Source: Macrostomum lignano
Taxonomy: Eukaryota
DNA: 64,000 nucleotides
Assembly: GCA_002269645.1 (NCBI GenBank)
Contig: NIVC01002121.1
Location: 116,193 to 180,192, forward strand
Direction of reading: 5' to 3'
Positions 23,061 to 41,017 of this stretch are shown in pieces. The position numbers and the translations under genes were made by a program. Each line of letters starts with the position of its first letter. Position 1 is the first letter of the stretch. The notes below the pieces were generated by a model. It saw only the letters and a list, made by a program, of their open reading frames with translations, searched no databases and was not told where the DNA came from.

Positions 23061-23443
23061 ATTTTTAGTAACAGAAAAAGACCCTTCGCGCCTGCGGCGC
23101 GTGCGAGGGGTTATAGAGAATTGGAAGTGTTAGAAGTGTTGGGGGGTGTTGGATGTGTAGTAGTAGGTAAAACGACGCCTACAGATCAGACCTTTTTTAA
23201 TGGCCGTTTATAAGGTTCCAGAGGGGGGACACGAGGGGGGCTGATAAGATGGGTTGGGGATGGGTTATATTGCTTTTTTGGTAATGTGGGTGATTATGGG
23301 TGTTTATGGGTGATTAAGGGTGATTAGATGTGTTAAGGGTGTTTAGATGTGTTTTTTTATTTACCCCCGTGTCCCCCTCTAGACCCTTAAAACGGCTGTT
23401 AAAAAAGTGCTCTGGGTCTGTAGGCGTCGTTTTACCTACTACT
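23061..23443 (-). repeat. Right terminal inverted repeat (383 bp)
   Basis: Reverse complement of 14489-14872. Confidence 0.95.
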
Positions 23444-23513
23444 GGCGACCCCCCAGTCCTTGGACTGAACAGCCGTGCGCAGCCTTCAGATGCGCCGCGC
23501 AATAGCTGCGGCT
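23444..23513 (+). mobile_element. tRNA-derived SINE, 3' half
   Basis: GGCGACCCCCCAGTCCTTGGACTGAACAGCCG..GCAGCCTTCAGATGCGCCGCGCAATAGCTGCGGCT matches ~2385-2456. Confidence 0.88.
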
Positions 23514-23992
23514 ACAAGTGTAATAAATAAACAGAAGGAAAACTTTTGTGACCCTTTTACACACTGATATATACATTCTTTGCCGCAATTCCAGATGATG
23601 AAGGACTCTGATAGATGCTAAAATCCTACAGAGACAGTCTCTAGGGCAGCGTAACAAATTCAGCATGATAGTTACACTGCAGTTGTTTAATAATTCGTCA
23701 ATCGCATTCTAAAATCTATGACAAGTTTTGCAACTCTGGGTGCAGATGTGTTCTTCGATTTTCTATGTTGCGGATTATTCATTCGTATCATGCAGTTTGC
23801 TGATGCGGTTTGCAGATAAGTTAAGTCATATCAATTGAACCATCAAGAACGCATGGCAACTGCTTTAATCCAGAGCCTAAGCAAGAGATCAATAACTGAT
23901 ATTTAGCATAAATTAAACTGATGCATCGTTCAAACCCCTCAGAGGAAAATCTCAGCCTTAGACTTGTCCAGCATACACGCGAGCCGCACAGA

Positions 23993-28923
<4,931 letters not shown>

Positions 28924-29101
28924 CCAGCTAACGATGCCTGAACTGACAAACGCGCTTCAATTAGGACTGCTGTTGCCTGTTAGTAATAAAAAGGACTAGT
29001 TTGGAAGGCTCTGTGCAAGATTTTTCTTCAAAATGAATTCGTCAAGATAATAGCTCTTATCAGCCTACACAATACAATTATAACCGTTCCTTTTTTGGAC
29101 A

Positions 29102-29260
29102 AGGGGTGTAGCCAGTGGTTAGAGCGAACTCACGACTAAAAGGTCGGGGGTTCGATTCTCGACCAAATCGGAACAATTTGTGTCCTTGAGCAAGACACTT
29201 AGTAAAATTCGTGGCAGCATTAGCTGGGGTAATTGTGTGGCGACTCCCCCCCCAGAGCAG
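29102..29260 (+). mobile_element. tRNA-derived SINE, internally deleted copy
   Basis: GGGGTGTAGCCAGTGGTTAGAGCG...GGTTCGATTCTCGACC...TTGAGCAAGACACTT...GCATTAGCTGGGGTAATTG..GTGGCGAC. Confidence 0.75.
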
Positions 29261-30469
29261 CGCGATAGCTGCTCTCTGAGTAGTGCCTGAGAATGTCTAT
29301 GGCCAAAACAACAGGTATATCGCTGACGCAGTCGCTGTCACCCCCCATCAGGACCCTGAATGACATGTTAGCAAGCACGAGAACGCCACTGATTTCAGAA
29401 ACTTCAATTAGCCAGGTTTTTTATTCAGCACTCACTAATTTGAATTTGAATAGAAATTGGGCCTTTTAAATAAATATCGCTAGATAGGCACTCTTTTACT
29501 ACAGGCTTTAAACAATAAATAAATGACTCTATCAACAATACTTAATTCAAAATCATTTTTCCCACTCTGATCGGAATAAATTATTAAATAGCATTAATTA
29601 AATTATGTATTTACAGGCAACAAGTTAAGGCTACCGTTGCATTTGATTAATTTATTTTTTGAATAAGTTCTTGCAATTGCAGAAATGTTCGTGTGAATTT
29701 ATATTACTAATATAAGTAGTGTCATTGGATAGATTTATTTACAAATTAAAAAACTTGCCAGTCAGTAATTAAGATTAATAACAACTAATTAGTAAACAGC
29801 GGACATGAATAGTAGCAGAAACACCAGCTTACTTGTGGTTATGATTATTAACTGCAGCAAAAATTCAGACTTAACTTGCTGATAACACATAACTAATGAT
29901 GAGCACATTATTGCTAATTAAATTACAAACAAAGCTTATTAACATTTACGCATAATTACACAATAGGCTGAAATATGAGTCTTTTTTGTTTTTAAGATTT
30001 ACATAGCTGCACAGATGAATATTAGTAGTAATAATATAACACACGCGCATATGAATGGCGAACTAAACAATAAATATAAACAAAAAACAAAAATTTACAG
30101 ACATTAAACAGCAGGTGCTACGTAAATAAATAAATAAATAACAAAACGCAGAAGCTGTGAGTTCGAGGACAATTTATAAATAAAACTACTAAGGGCTGCA
30201 CAGCAGAGAAAAATGAATAAGTTAGACGCTAGAAGGGGATGAAAATTGATTATTTAGCTTCATTACTTAGCCAAATCAGGCGATTCACTCCAGCTGATTT
30301 ACCAAATGAGGAATTTCAAATAAAATAGAAAAACACCTAACTGACTACTAACAAATCAAATTAATAAATTCAAGTTTCAAGTATACAAAAAATTAAATCA
30401 TCATATTTAACTGGATAAGCATAAGCAGCATTGGACTGGGGTCAACTGTGCTACTAGGCCGCTATAAAC

Positions 30470-30830
30470 CTCATGGGTTGCTATGCTGCTGCCATGGTGT
30501 CAACGACCGTAACCAAGTAAATCCTACGTTGCTATGCTGTTTCCGTGGTGTCAACGACCGTAACTAAGTAAATCCTACGTTGCTATGCTGTTGCCATGGT
30601 GTCAACGATCGCAAATAAAGTAAATCCTACGTTGCTATGCTGTTGCCATGGTGTCAACGATCGCAAATAAAGTAAATCCTACGTTGCTATGCTGTTGCCA
30701 TGGTGTCAACGATCGCAAATAAAGTAAATCCTACGTTGCTATGCTGTTGCCATGGTGTCAACGATCGCAAATAAAGTAAATCCTACGTTGCTATGCTGTT
30801 GTCATAGTGGTAGCGACCGTAATTATGGTA
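30470..30830. repeat. 52-bp tandem repeat x~6
   Basis: GTCAACGATCGCAAATAAAGTAAATCCTACGTTGCTATGCTGTTGCCATGGT, period 52. Confidence 0.9.
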
Positions 30831-31027
30831 AATCATGCGTTGCTATGGTGCTAGAGACAGTAACTAGGGAAATTCTACGTTACTACGGCGGTAACTTCAA
30901 AGAGATTAGCAAAAAAGTTGGGGCAAAAATATAAAAAAACACTATAAAAAAGCATATACAAATATTAATGGAGAAAACCGAGAAATTGATTCAGTCCAAG
31001 CAATGCAATCGACTAATTCAACAGAGA

Positions 31028-34000
31028 TTAATAATCATCCTTGACCCGTTTAGCCTGCTGCATGGGATCCTGGGCCAGCCGCTTGCTGCCTGTAGCCAGG
31101 CCGCCGCCCCCAATGCCAACGCCTGGCAGGGCTGAGGCGCCCTCCTGCAGCCAGCGGACCTGAGTAGCCGGTCCGTAGCCTTTGTCATTCCTAGCGGCGA
31201 TGCGAAATATGACAGCCGGCTTGCTGCTCATATCGATGTAGGCGGCGGCCAGGCTCTGGTTGGACACCTGGCAGAATGGCTGGGAGCCGCAGTACACTCT
31301 AGCGAATGACATCTGCTGCTGGCCGCCGGCCGTCTTGGCCTCGATGCTGCTGGCACCGACCGGGGCCGGTTTCACGGCTAAGTACACCGTGTACTCGAAT
31401 ATGTCGCCGGAACCCGGGGCGCTGGGCGGCGGCGGCTCCCAGGATAGCTGGGCGCCGAAATCTGACTTATTAATTTTAATAGCCGACGGAGCGCCTGGGA
31501 AGCCGGGCACGCAGGTTTTGTAGGCGGCCACCTCGGACCAGGGCCCGCGGCCGCAGGCGTTAACAGCGCACACGCGGAATCTGTAAGCAGTGCCAGGCGT
31601 CAGGTCGCAGCGTTCGAGTACGCCGGCACTGTTGGGAGCCAGGTAATTGCGCACGCAATAGGAGGTGCCGCGCACCGTGGCCACGTCGTGCCAGAGCCCG
31701 CCGCTGCCGTCGGCATTGGACGACGAGGCCGGCGACACGCCGGATGCCACAAGCGGATTAGCCGAAGACGATGTTGTTGAAACTGTGGCGGCTGGCGTAG
31801 CTTTTTTCAGGCCGGCGGCGGCCACGCTGGCCAGGGTGGCCAGGGGATCGGCCAGCAGGCCGGGCGTGCCGTTGGCTGAGTCGGCCACGGTGGCGAACAG
31901 GTCGTAGGGCAGGTCGGTCGGCAAATCCTCGCTGCCGCCGGATGCCGTAGCGGCTGCGGCGCCGGACGTTGTCGGAGTCGCGCCCGAAGTCGACGACGAC
32001 GAAGCGGCGGCCTGATGGCCATCAGGCTTGTCCGCTCCGGCAGCCTCGTCGCCTTCATCAACAGCGCCGTCGAATTGCGGAATTGTTGAGGAGCCGCCAG
32101 CGTCAGAAGTTGAGGCTGAGGCGCCGGTGCCGCCGGTACTGATGACCGGCTTGACAGTGAATGATGGCGCCTGCTGCTGCTGACCGCTGGCTGGCGCATT
32201 CATGACAATGATTGGCGATGCGGTGGCTGCGCCCTGCGCCTGCGGCTGGCCGATAGAGCCGCGGCTAGCAGCGATGATGTACTTGGAGGTGCCGGTAGCG
32301 CCAGGAGCCAGAGGCCTAGCCTGCTGCGGCAGCAGCTTCACAACCTGCGATGCGCTGGACATGGTTGGCCGGAGAATCTGCTGGCCTGTGGGCGTCTTCA
32401 CCAGAGTCATCATCTGCTGCTGAGCGAGCTGGCCAGCCGGCCTGGCTAATTGGATCACCTGGGCTGGCCGGCTGACAACCACGGTCGGGGCCACGCGCTG
32501 CGGCTGCAGAGTCACCCTGGCAACACCGCCGCCGCCGCCGCCGGCTGCCATCGAGGCCGACACGGGTACGCCTGCGGCCATCAGGGCGGCAACGCCGGGT
32601 TGAATAGCCGAAGTCGGCGTTGGCGGAGGCGTCGGAGCCGGCACTACTAAGTCGTACTTTTGAATCTGCAGCACGTATTCGTCAGCTGTGGCTACAGCTG
32701 GCCAGCACACGTCTAAACTGTGAGTATTGGCTTTGACTAGCTGGACTCGGCCAACCACTGGCGGAGCGTCTGTCTCCAGTAGCCAGAGATCTTTGAAGCA
32801 CACCTGCGAGTGTTATGCGGCGAGTTTGACACTGATGTAATGGGTGAGATTCAGAAAACAGAGAATTAAAGGGCGTGAGGGGAAGCGGACAAACCAAAAG
32901 ACCAGAGGCGGATTTGGAAATATAAAATGAGGGGGGCGGATTTTAACCATAAGTGGGGGCGCCATAATATACACCAGAGGGGCACCATAATATACACTAG
33001 AGGGGCACCATAATATACACTAGAGGGGCACCATAACATACACTAGTGGAGTACCATATTAGACACTAAGAGGGCGCCATACTGAGCAAACTGAGGGCGG
33101 AGGGGACCCTCTTTAGGGCAAAGGAAAAGGGGCGGCCCAAAAGCCAATCCAACAAACCTGATTGCCCCAGGCCTTGCGAAAGCCGTCTCTCCCGGACCAA
33201 ATCCACAGTCGGCTATTGACGGACACGGCGCAGTGGCCGGCGCGCGGCCTCGGCACCAGATCGTCGGCGGCGGCACTACTGGGATAGTCGTACACGTGCC
33301 AATTAAGAGTCTCCAAGTCCAGACAGGCCAGGGTGTTGGTGCAGCGCCACTCGGACTCGGCCTGGACGGTGTCGCCAACGCTGAGCGCCTCGGTCTTGTC
33401 TCGCTCGGTCATGGCTGCCCAGCCGCCGAAGACGAACATTTTAGCGCCAATCATAGTGGCGCTATGCAGCGACCTTGGCGCCGGCGGACTACCGTGCACC
33501 ATTGGCCTGGTCCAAACCAGCGAATCCAAATCCAACTGCCACAGATCGTTAAGCCTAGTGCCATTGTTCATGCCGCCAAACACTAGCAGGTGCCATTTAC
33601 GTTGGTTATTAACGCCGGCAGTTTGGAAGGACACGGCCGAGTGCGACTCGCGCGGGCAAGGCGTCATGCCGGCCGGCTTCAGCAGATCCCAGGCGGTGTT
33701 GCCGGCCTTCACGTCCATGGCGTATAGGTCGTCTAAATAATGCGGCACGTTGGCCTTCAAATCGGTGCTCTTGTTGGCCAGGCCGCCGAATAGGATGGCC
33801 CGGCCGCCGGCCAGGGTGAACGAGTGGCCGAGTCTGGCGCAGGGCGGCGGACCGTGACGCGGCGGCTTCGGTTTAATCCGCTTCCACTCCCATCTGGTGG
33901 CCTGCAATTCGAATACTTCGTCAGAATAGCGGCCGTATTCCATCATGCCGCCGAATAGTAGAATTCGGGTGCCATCGGCTACAAAGCCGAAGGCGGCGCA

Positions 34001-37000
34001 GCCGTGTGGCACATCGCCTCGCACCTGCGGCTGGAACCACTGGCCAGTGGCTGCGTTGGGTTGGGGGTAGAATATGTTAGATTAATTAGACCATACGCCA
34101 TTGTTAACTACTTGGAAACTAAGACAATTAATCTAGCAGACTATTTGCCCATCTCAGTTAAACGGCTAGTTGCAGAATATTTCTATGCAACAAATAGCCA
34201 ATTTTAATGTTGAAAATTTCAAAATTAAGGTTGTTAACAAGCATAAACCACTTCTATAACCTTCTTTAGTCTGTTTGTCTCTTTAGTAGATGGGTTAGTG
34301 GCATGTTTTGAAAAATGGAAGAGAGGAAGTAGCTATCAATTTTTAACTGCTGATGTGTATTGAATGTCTGTTTAATCAAGAGGATTTCAGTTTTCATAGA
34401 GAGGATTTTTGATAGATTTCTATTTCTTGGAGAGGATTTTGGTTGAATTATCAATCAAAAAGGGTCCTTTATGCCTATACTCAGGAAAGTGTCACATGTG
34501 CTCAAAAATATTTTTAGCATCTCTTTTGGAGCATGCACTGTGCGCAAAGCTAAAATACAAATTTTAGCACTAAGTCTTATATTTGTTTGATATAAAAATA
34601 CCTATATAGTGGAGCACTAATGTATAGTAATACTAAAAAATCTAGTAAAATTCAAATTAAATTAAAATTTAAATTAACAGATCAATTTTGTTGCATTTTA
34701 AGGCCTTTTTAATTAAATTTAAAATTCTGTTTTATTTTAGCTCATACTAGCAATCAGCACCCCCCATTGGGGAGCCAAAAAAATGCAGTAAAAGTTTTTT
34801 AATGAACTACATGTAGCATTTCTTTGCATTATACCTTAGTAGTCCCTTGTAAACCTTGACGTGTCAGCAATTCCGCCACAAGCTTTAACATATCAACCCC
34901 CCCTTGACATCTTAAAAAATTGGTCAACCTAGCTTCTAAGCCTAACCCTAGCCTAATATAACCTTAATATAACCTTAACCCTAGCCTAACCCTAACCCTT
35001 AAGCATTGACATTTTAGTAATTCTCACCAAGAGTCATTATAGCACTACATCATCATATCAATTCCCTGCAACCCTCAACATTGTAGATATTCCCAAATAA
35101 ATCTCTTAACTTTGACATGACGCTTCTTTTGTTTTTTTAAATGAACTTTTTTTATCAGTGAATAAAGTTGAATAAACTACATATAGCTTCTGACTTTAGC
35201 CTTGACATCTCATTTATTCCCCTATGAGCCTTGACATCTTAGCTATTCCCCCATAAGCTTTGACATCATAGTAATTCTCCTCAAAAGTCATAGCACAGTT
35301 TCATATGATATTTTTACATGATGCTTCTTTAATGTCTAATATGAAATTTCTTTCATTTCTGATATTACACTTCCTTCATGTCTGACTGACATGACGCTTC
35401 TTTTGTCAAGGCTTTATTCTACTTTAGAATAAAGTACATGTTTATACCTGTTTAAACTACAGCTTCTCTTTGCAATAACCTTAGCAATCCCTTGGGAGCC
35501 TTGACATCTCAGCTATTCCCCTTGCAAGTCTTGACATCTTAGCAATGCCCCCCATAAACCTTGAAATCTGAAAAATCACCTGTCAACCTTGAAACCCCAT
35601 AAACCCTAATCCTAAATCAAAACCTAAACTAAACCTAACCCTAACCCTAAAGCCTTTACATTGCAAAAGTTCTTCTCCCCTAAGCCTTGACATTTTAGTG
35701 ATTCCTCCCCAAGAATCACAGCACTATAGCGATTCCCTCCAAGCTTTGACATTGTAGCAATTCCCAAATGAATCTTTTAACTTCGACATGACTCTTTTTT
35801 ATGTCTACATAATGCTTCTTTTCTTTTTACATGATGCTTCTTTTATCAGCGCCCCCCGTGGCAAGCCAACAAAGAATATAAAAAAAAATTTGAGCACAGT
35901 ACATGTAGCTTGACTTTTGCCTTGACATCTCAGAAATCCCACTATAATCCTTTACATCTCAGTTATTCTCTGTGAGCCTTGAGTGTGCCTTGAGGAGTAA
36001 TTCTCCTTAAGAGTCACAGCACAGTTTTATGTGATGCTTCTTTTATTTTTGACATTATGCTTCTTTTGATTTTTACACAATACTTCTTTCATGTCTGACA
36101 TGACACTTCTTTTATTATTCTTTCTTTTATTATTATTTTTACATGACCCTTCTATAATTTTTACATGACGTTTCTGAAATTTTTACATGACATTTCTTGA
36201 ATTTTTTACATGACACCTCTATAATTTTTTACATGATGCTTTTATGATTTTTTTATATGACACTTCTATAATTTTTATATGACACTTCTTTTTAAAAAGT
36301 TTTTTAGTTTTAGTTTTTAGAAGCTTTAATAAAACAATTCTACTCTAAGAAAATTTGAACCATCATTGCTGCATTTAGCAATTTGGTCTATTACCTCTAG
36401 GCTAGCTCTCATTGTTTTGATAGCATGAAATTTAGTGCTTATATAATTCAACACTTTAAACTCCAAGCATAGAGTAAATCACACAAAGCAGTTATGAGAT
36501 AATCAATTTCTCAGTCAGTCAGTATCAGTTAACAATATGGTGCTACGCTTCCACAATGCATTTTCAATTCAAGTTGAAGTTACAATTCAGTTATGATGCA
36601 ATTTATTTCAGAATCAGAATTCAACCAGTCAGTTTTTTCTGTAGCATTCTTATAATGCTTTTGCATATGCATATTTTTTCTAATGCATATTAGAAAAACA
36701 TGCTTCTAATATCTTAGGAAAAAAAATCATACTATGTTCTATTATCACTATTATCATGCTTTTTGTCTTATTCCATAGATTCCTATAGCCAATGTTCTTA
36801 ATTTAAATAAATAAATAAATATTAGAAACAGGTAGAATAAGACAAATATACTTTGGTAAACTGTATTATAGACTTAGAAACTTATAGATTATATCTAATC
36901 AGTGTTGGGCACTGTTAATGAAAATCTTAACTTCCATTAAAAACAAAAGCATTAATGTTAAAATGAAAAAAAGCTTAACTTTTTAACTCTTTATTTTGTT

Positions 37001-40000
37001 AAGTTAACTGAAAATTAACTGATAATCATTAATAAGCATTAATTGATTAAAGTTAACACAGAAATTCAGAAATCTTGCACATTTTTCAAAAAACAGACTT
37101 TATAATGCACTGCTTTTGCTTTTCTATTTTTTTAGTAAAACACAGGTCACCCAACAGATTTACAAGCTCAAAAATAAAAAATAATAATAGTAAAAACTTG
37201 TAAGTACAATACTACTAAAAGTAAGCACATGGTAAACAAAGTAACTTATTTATTTGAAACTTGAAAAGCTAATTAGTTAATGATAAAATACAAATAAGGT
37301 TGTTTCAATAGCATTAGCAGGTGTAGCAGAAAGTTACAAAAGGTTGGCAAAGAAGTCAATCAAAGCAATCGATGCTCAAGCACAAGCAAAAAAGTTCACA
37401 ATTTTAATTCATTATTAAAGTTCATTAGTAAGTTGTTACATCTGCATGATCATTGTCATAAACAAAGAGATTAATTAGGCATTTAGGTAAATTTGAATAC
37501 ATTTATAATGTTGTAACTTCTTGTTAGACTTGTATTTTTGTTTTTTTTCTGTGTTGTTAGTCTTGACACTGTCATTGACATCAATGATTAATTTGTTGTG
37601 AACTCACAAAATAATTAACACAAATTTGTTAATCTGTTAGTTCAAAAAATCTTAATGGCAGTCCATTAACATTAATGAAAAATATTAATGCTTATTAATA
37701 GATTAATGCTTATTAATAGACCAGCGCCCAACACTGTATCTAATAAAGTACAATAAAACACTAGCAAATTATAACTTTTATTAATATGAAAAAGTTTAGC
37801 ATTAGTACTTTAGTAGAGATTAAGTATTGTTACGCTTTATAAAACTGATGAAATATAATCTTACAAAGGCAATCAAGTGTTTGTTTTATTTTCTACCTTC
37901 TTTTGCAGTTGTTTAAGCACCAGGTTATCTTCTTGACTCAAAATGTTTTGTTTCCTGGACTTTTTATTAAAACTGAAGCTATGGCTATAGGAACTATGCG
38001 AATATGGTAATATTGGGATCTCTATAGCTAAGGAATATAGAAAATTGGAATAAGCCATAATTTTGCTTATGGCTATAGCACATGGACCCCCTTTATTGTG
38101 GAACACTAATGTCAGGTATTATATGCCAAGCATATTTTAGGTCCACTATATGCCACACAGTGGATAGTTCAATTATTTTGGCATATTACTTTGGTATACT
38201 ACCTTGAGCTTAAATAGATTTTTAATACATTAGCTGGGCGCATGTCCAAAAAAATAATAATTACAAATGCATGCCAAAAAAATTTAGTGCATACCAATTC
38301 TTAAAAATAGGTCGGTGTTGCAACAATAAATGACATTTTTTACATTATAACAATAGATGACATTTATTTAAATTGTGTAATAGACCCTTATTAGCAGATA
38401 ACTTAGTTGATTTTTGTGCTTTTTTGTGATACTATTTATACTAGAAAATTGATACACACAAAGATTTGTTTAAATGCTTCTTCACAAGCTTGAAAAAAAC
38501 AGAAAACTTCTGCTTAAAAATTAACTTTTTTTCTACTTCACAATGACTCAATTCTATAAAGTGCACACTTCAGAGTTTTTTTTAAAAACAAAGGTAAAAA
38601 AATTAAACCTTAAATTATAGTTAAAATTTAGTTAACAATGAATGTCTATCTAAATTTATGTTTAAAAAATGTCTTATTTATTTTGGTTGTTTCATTTTAT
38701 AAAAAATTATCTTTCATTTTTAAATGCCTAATATATAGTAATATAATATTGCCAGCTATCTATATATTCAATATTTGATATTCAGTGAATACTTATATAT
38801 TTCTTTTTTAATCACTTATTGGAAAATTGCTCTCTATAAAGTTCATATAATACCTGTTTTATAATTCCTTATTTAAATACTTTTTTGTTTTATTAGCTAT
38901 TAAATTTATTTTGAAGATTCATAGAGAATTGTTTAGCTACTCTTTCAAATACTATATATGGTGAAATCAAAAAATCGGGGGCAAGTTTTATGAAAATTTG
39001 TTTTTTTGGCAATTTGAAAGCAATAAAGCTATAAAATAAATTTATTCAAGTTTTTAAAAGGTAAAAAAGTCTATTAAAGCACAAATTATTTTTGTATAAC
39101 TTTATTTTTTAATAAAATGATTTGTTGAAATGGTAAGTTTAATTACAACCTAAAATGAGTCGAATGAAAATGCTAGAAAAGCTATAATAATGTATTTTAT
39201 TAACTTTAACTATCTTATAATGTTACACTCTATAATTCTACAACATATTTAACATTATTTTCAAGGGTTTATTTGTTTATCACTTTTGTTACTCTTGACA
39301 ACGTGTATTTTGTAGAGTTCGTTTGCAATAAATTGTATTCAACATAAGTTTATTATTTAAACATACAAATTCCTGTAAGGATCGGAAAATTGCATTTTAC
39401 TTAGCTTCTACTAAAGCGATTGGGAAAATTCTTTTTTTCCTGCATATACGCCGCGATGATACATGTTTTAGTGCAATTTTATTGTTCTTCGTTGCTTAAT
39501 GAGCATACAGTAAGCATCTGATTTGGATGCCGGGTTCACATTTTGTGGTACCATTTTTTGCCCAAAATTTTGAAGTCTAAATATAGGCATATTACAAATA
39601 CTAATACTATGCAAGTTGATATTTAAATGAAAGAAAACAACTTAAAGATTATTTTGCAACAAGGAATTAGCAATATATTTTTACTTTTAGAGAAAGATGT
39701 TTGCTGGCAAACTTTGCACTTTATATTAGTATGAATTTTCGCGAGTTTATATGGTTTTAGAAAAACTTTGAAATCATTAGAAATACTTCATCTTTTTGAA
39801 TTGAATAAAAAGTAAAACACAGATTACTTTCTGTTTTGTAAGTAGTAAAAAATTAGCCTTCTCTAAGGCCTACAAGTCTTAAAATTAATTGTTAAATAAT
39901 GAAAAAAAGTGAAATAAAAAATTGCAAATCGGTCAACTCGGACTTTCAAAATGTTTTTTGTGGTTTTTTATTTATTCAACAATATAAAGCGTGAAAACGA

Positions 40001-41017
40001 TAGTTTTTATCCAGAACTATTTTCTAAAGACCTATTTATCTTTCAAAAACTTTTTTTAGATACATTACTTTCCATGGAATATCCGCAGATTTGTTTTACC
40101 ATTTTATCCCACGTTTTTGGATTTCGCCATATAATTTTAACAAAACTCATACTTATTAAAACAAAATCATAAGATTCAAAACAAGATACTTCTAATATTC
40201 AAAGACTTCATTAGTAAATAACTGCTTGCAGAAGACTATTAGATCCATAGCCATTAAAAAATGGGTTCCAATGTTGGAACTCTAGCCATTACCAAAAAAA
40301 GGCAAATGCCCTTATTGTACGCTAGAAAACCCTGGCATACATATTGCCTTCTAAACTATAATAGGCTAAATAGGCTTTTTTGCCTAAGCTAAACTTATTA
40401 GGCCTACTACTATTACTATATTTTTGCAATGCAAAAGTGGCATATATTGGATATGCTATAATGAAAGAGACATTTTCTAAAATATGTTGTACTATGAACT
40501 ATAGTCAAACAGACTAGGCTTAAGTTAGAATTTTTTGGCATATATATAATATTTGATTTGGGAATAAGGCTTTCAATCCACTATAAAAATTAAAGTTTGG
40601 CTTAAATTGGGTAAATTTGAATTATGCCTAATGCCAATGGCCTCAAAACTAAATTATCATTTATTCTTGTTTACTACATACATAATATTAAAAATCAGAT
40701 AAGTCATATGATAGGCTAACATTAATGAATAAATCACAGTATTTTATTTTCATTCAAATAATTCAAAGTCATTCAATCTCATCAAGTCGTTACATGATAG
40801 GAAAAAGCAAAATTTAATTAAATGTCATGAAAAAATAAAACTACTCACTTGTGTTAAAAACGTGAAGGTCATCAATGATTCCTTCATTTCCACCTCCAAA
40901 TATTATAATAAGGTCCTTAATTGACACAGCTTTGTGACCATGCCGTGGTCTAGGCAGTGGAATGTTACCAGATGATGTGTGTGCGACCTTTTTCCACTTA
41001 AAAGGTATGTCAGCCAT
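31028..41017 (-). CDS. HCFC1: Host cell factor 1 (Kelch repeats + FN3 SAS domains); join(41017..40849,34050..33158,32803..31028), ~945 aa
   Basis: Exon 1 [35 protein letters not shown]; exon 2 [27 protein letters not shown]...[14 protein letters not shown]; exon 3 [11 protein letters not shown]...[39 protein letters not shown]...[24 protein letters not shown] junctions keep frame. Confidence 0.95.
34744..36660 (-). repeat. Dispersed repeat copy A (~1.9 kb) with telomere-like (CCCTAA)n patches; inverted partner of 42780-45345
   Basis: Multiple 50-250-nt blocks are reverse complements of copy B (34744-34820 vs 45270-45345; 36370-36655 vs 42785-43110). Confidence 0.8.
36900..37736. mobile_element. 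hAT-type MITE, 837 bp, in HCFC1 intron 1
   Basis: TIR CAGTGTTGGGC(A/G)CTG at both ends; 8-bp TSD TATCTAAT at 36892-36899 and 37737-37744. Confidence 0.85.

Larger units (their letters stand above)
14489..23443. mobile_element. Polinton/Maverick (adintovirus-like) endogenous dsDNA virus, 8,955 bp, lacking pPolB
   Basis: Termini 5'-AGTAGT...ACTACT-3'; TSD GGCGAC at 14483-14488 and 23444-23449; TIRs ~384 bp; RVE integrase, A32-type ATPase, capsid-like ORFs and a protease fragment; intronless AT-rich ORFs unlike the host genes. Confidence 0.93.
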
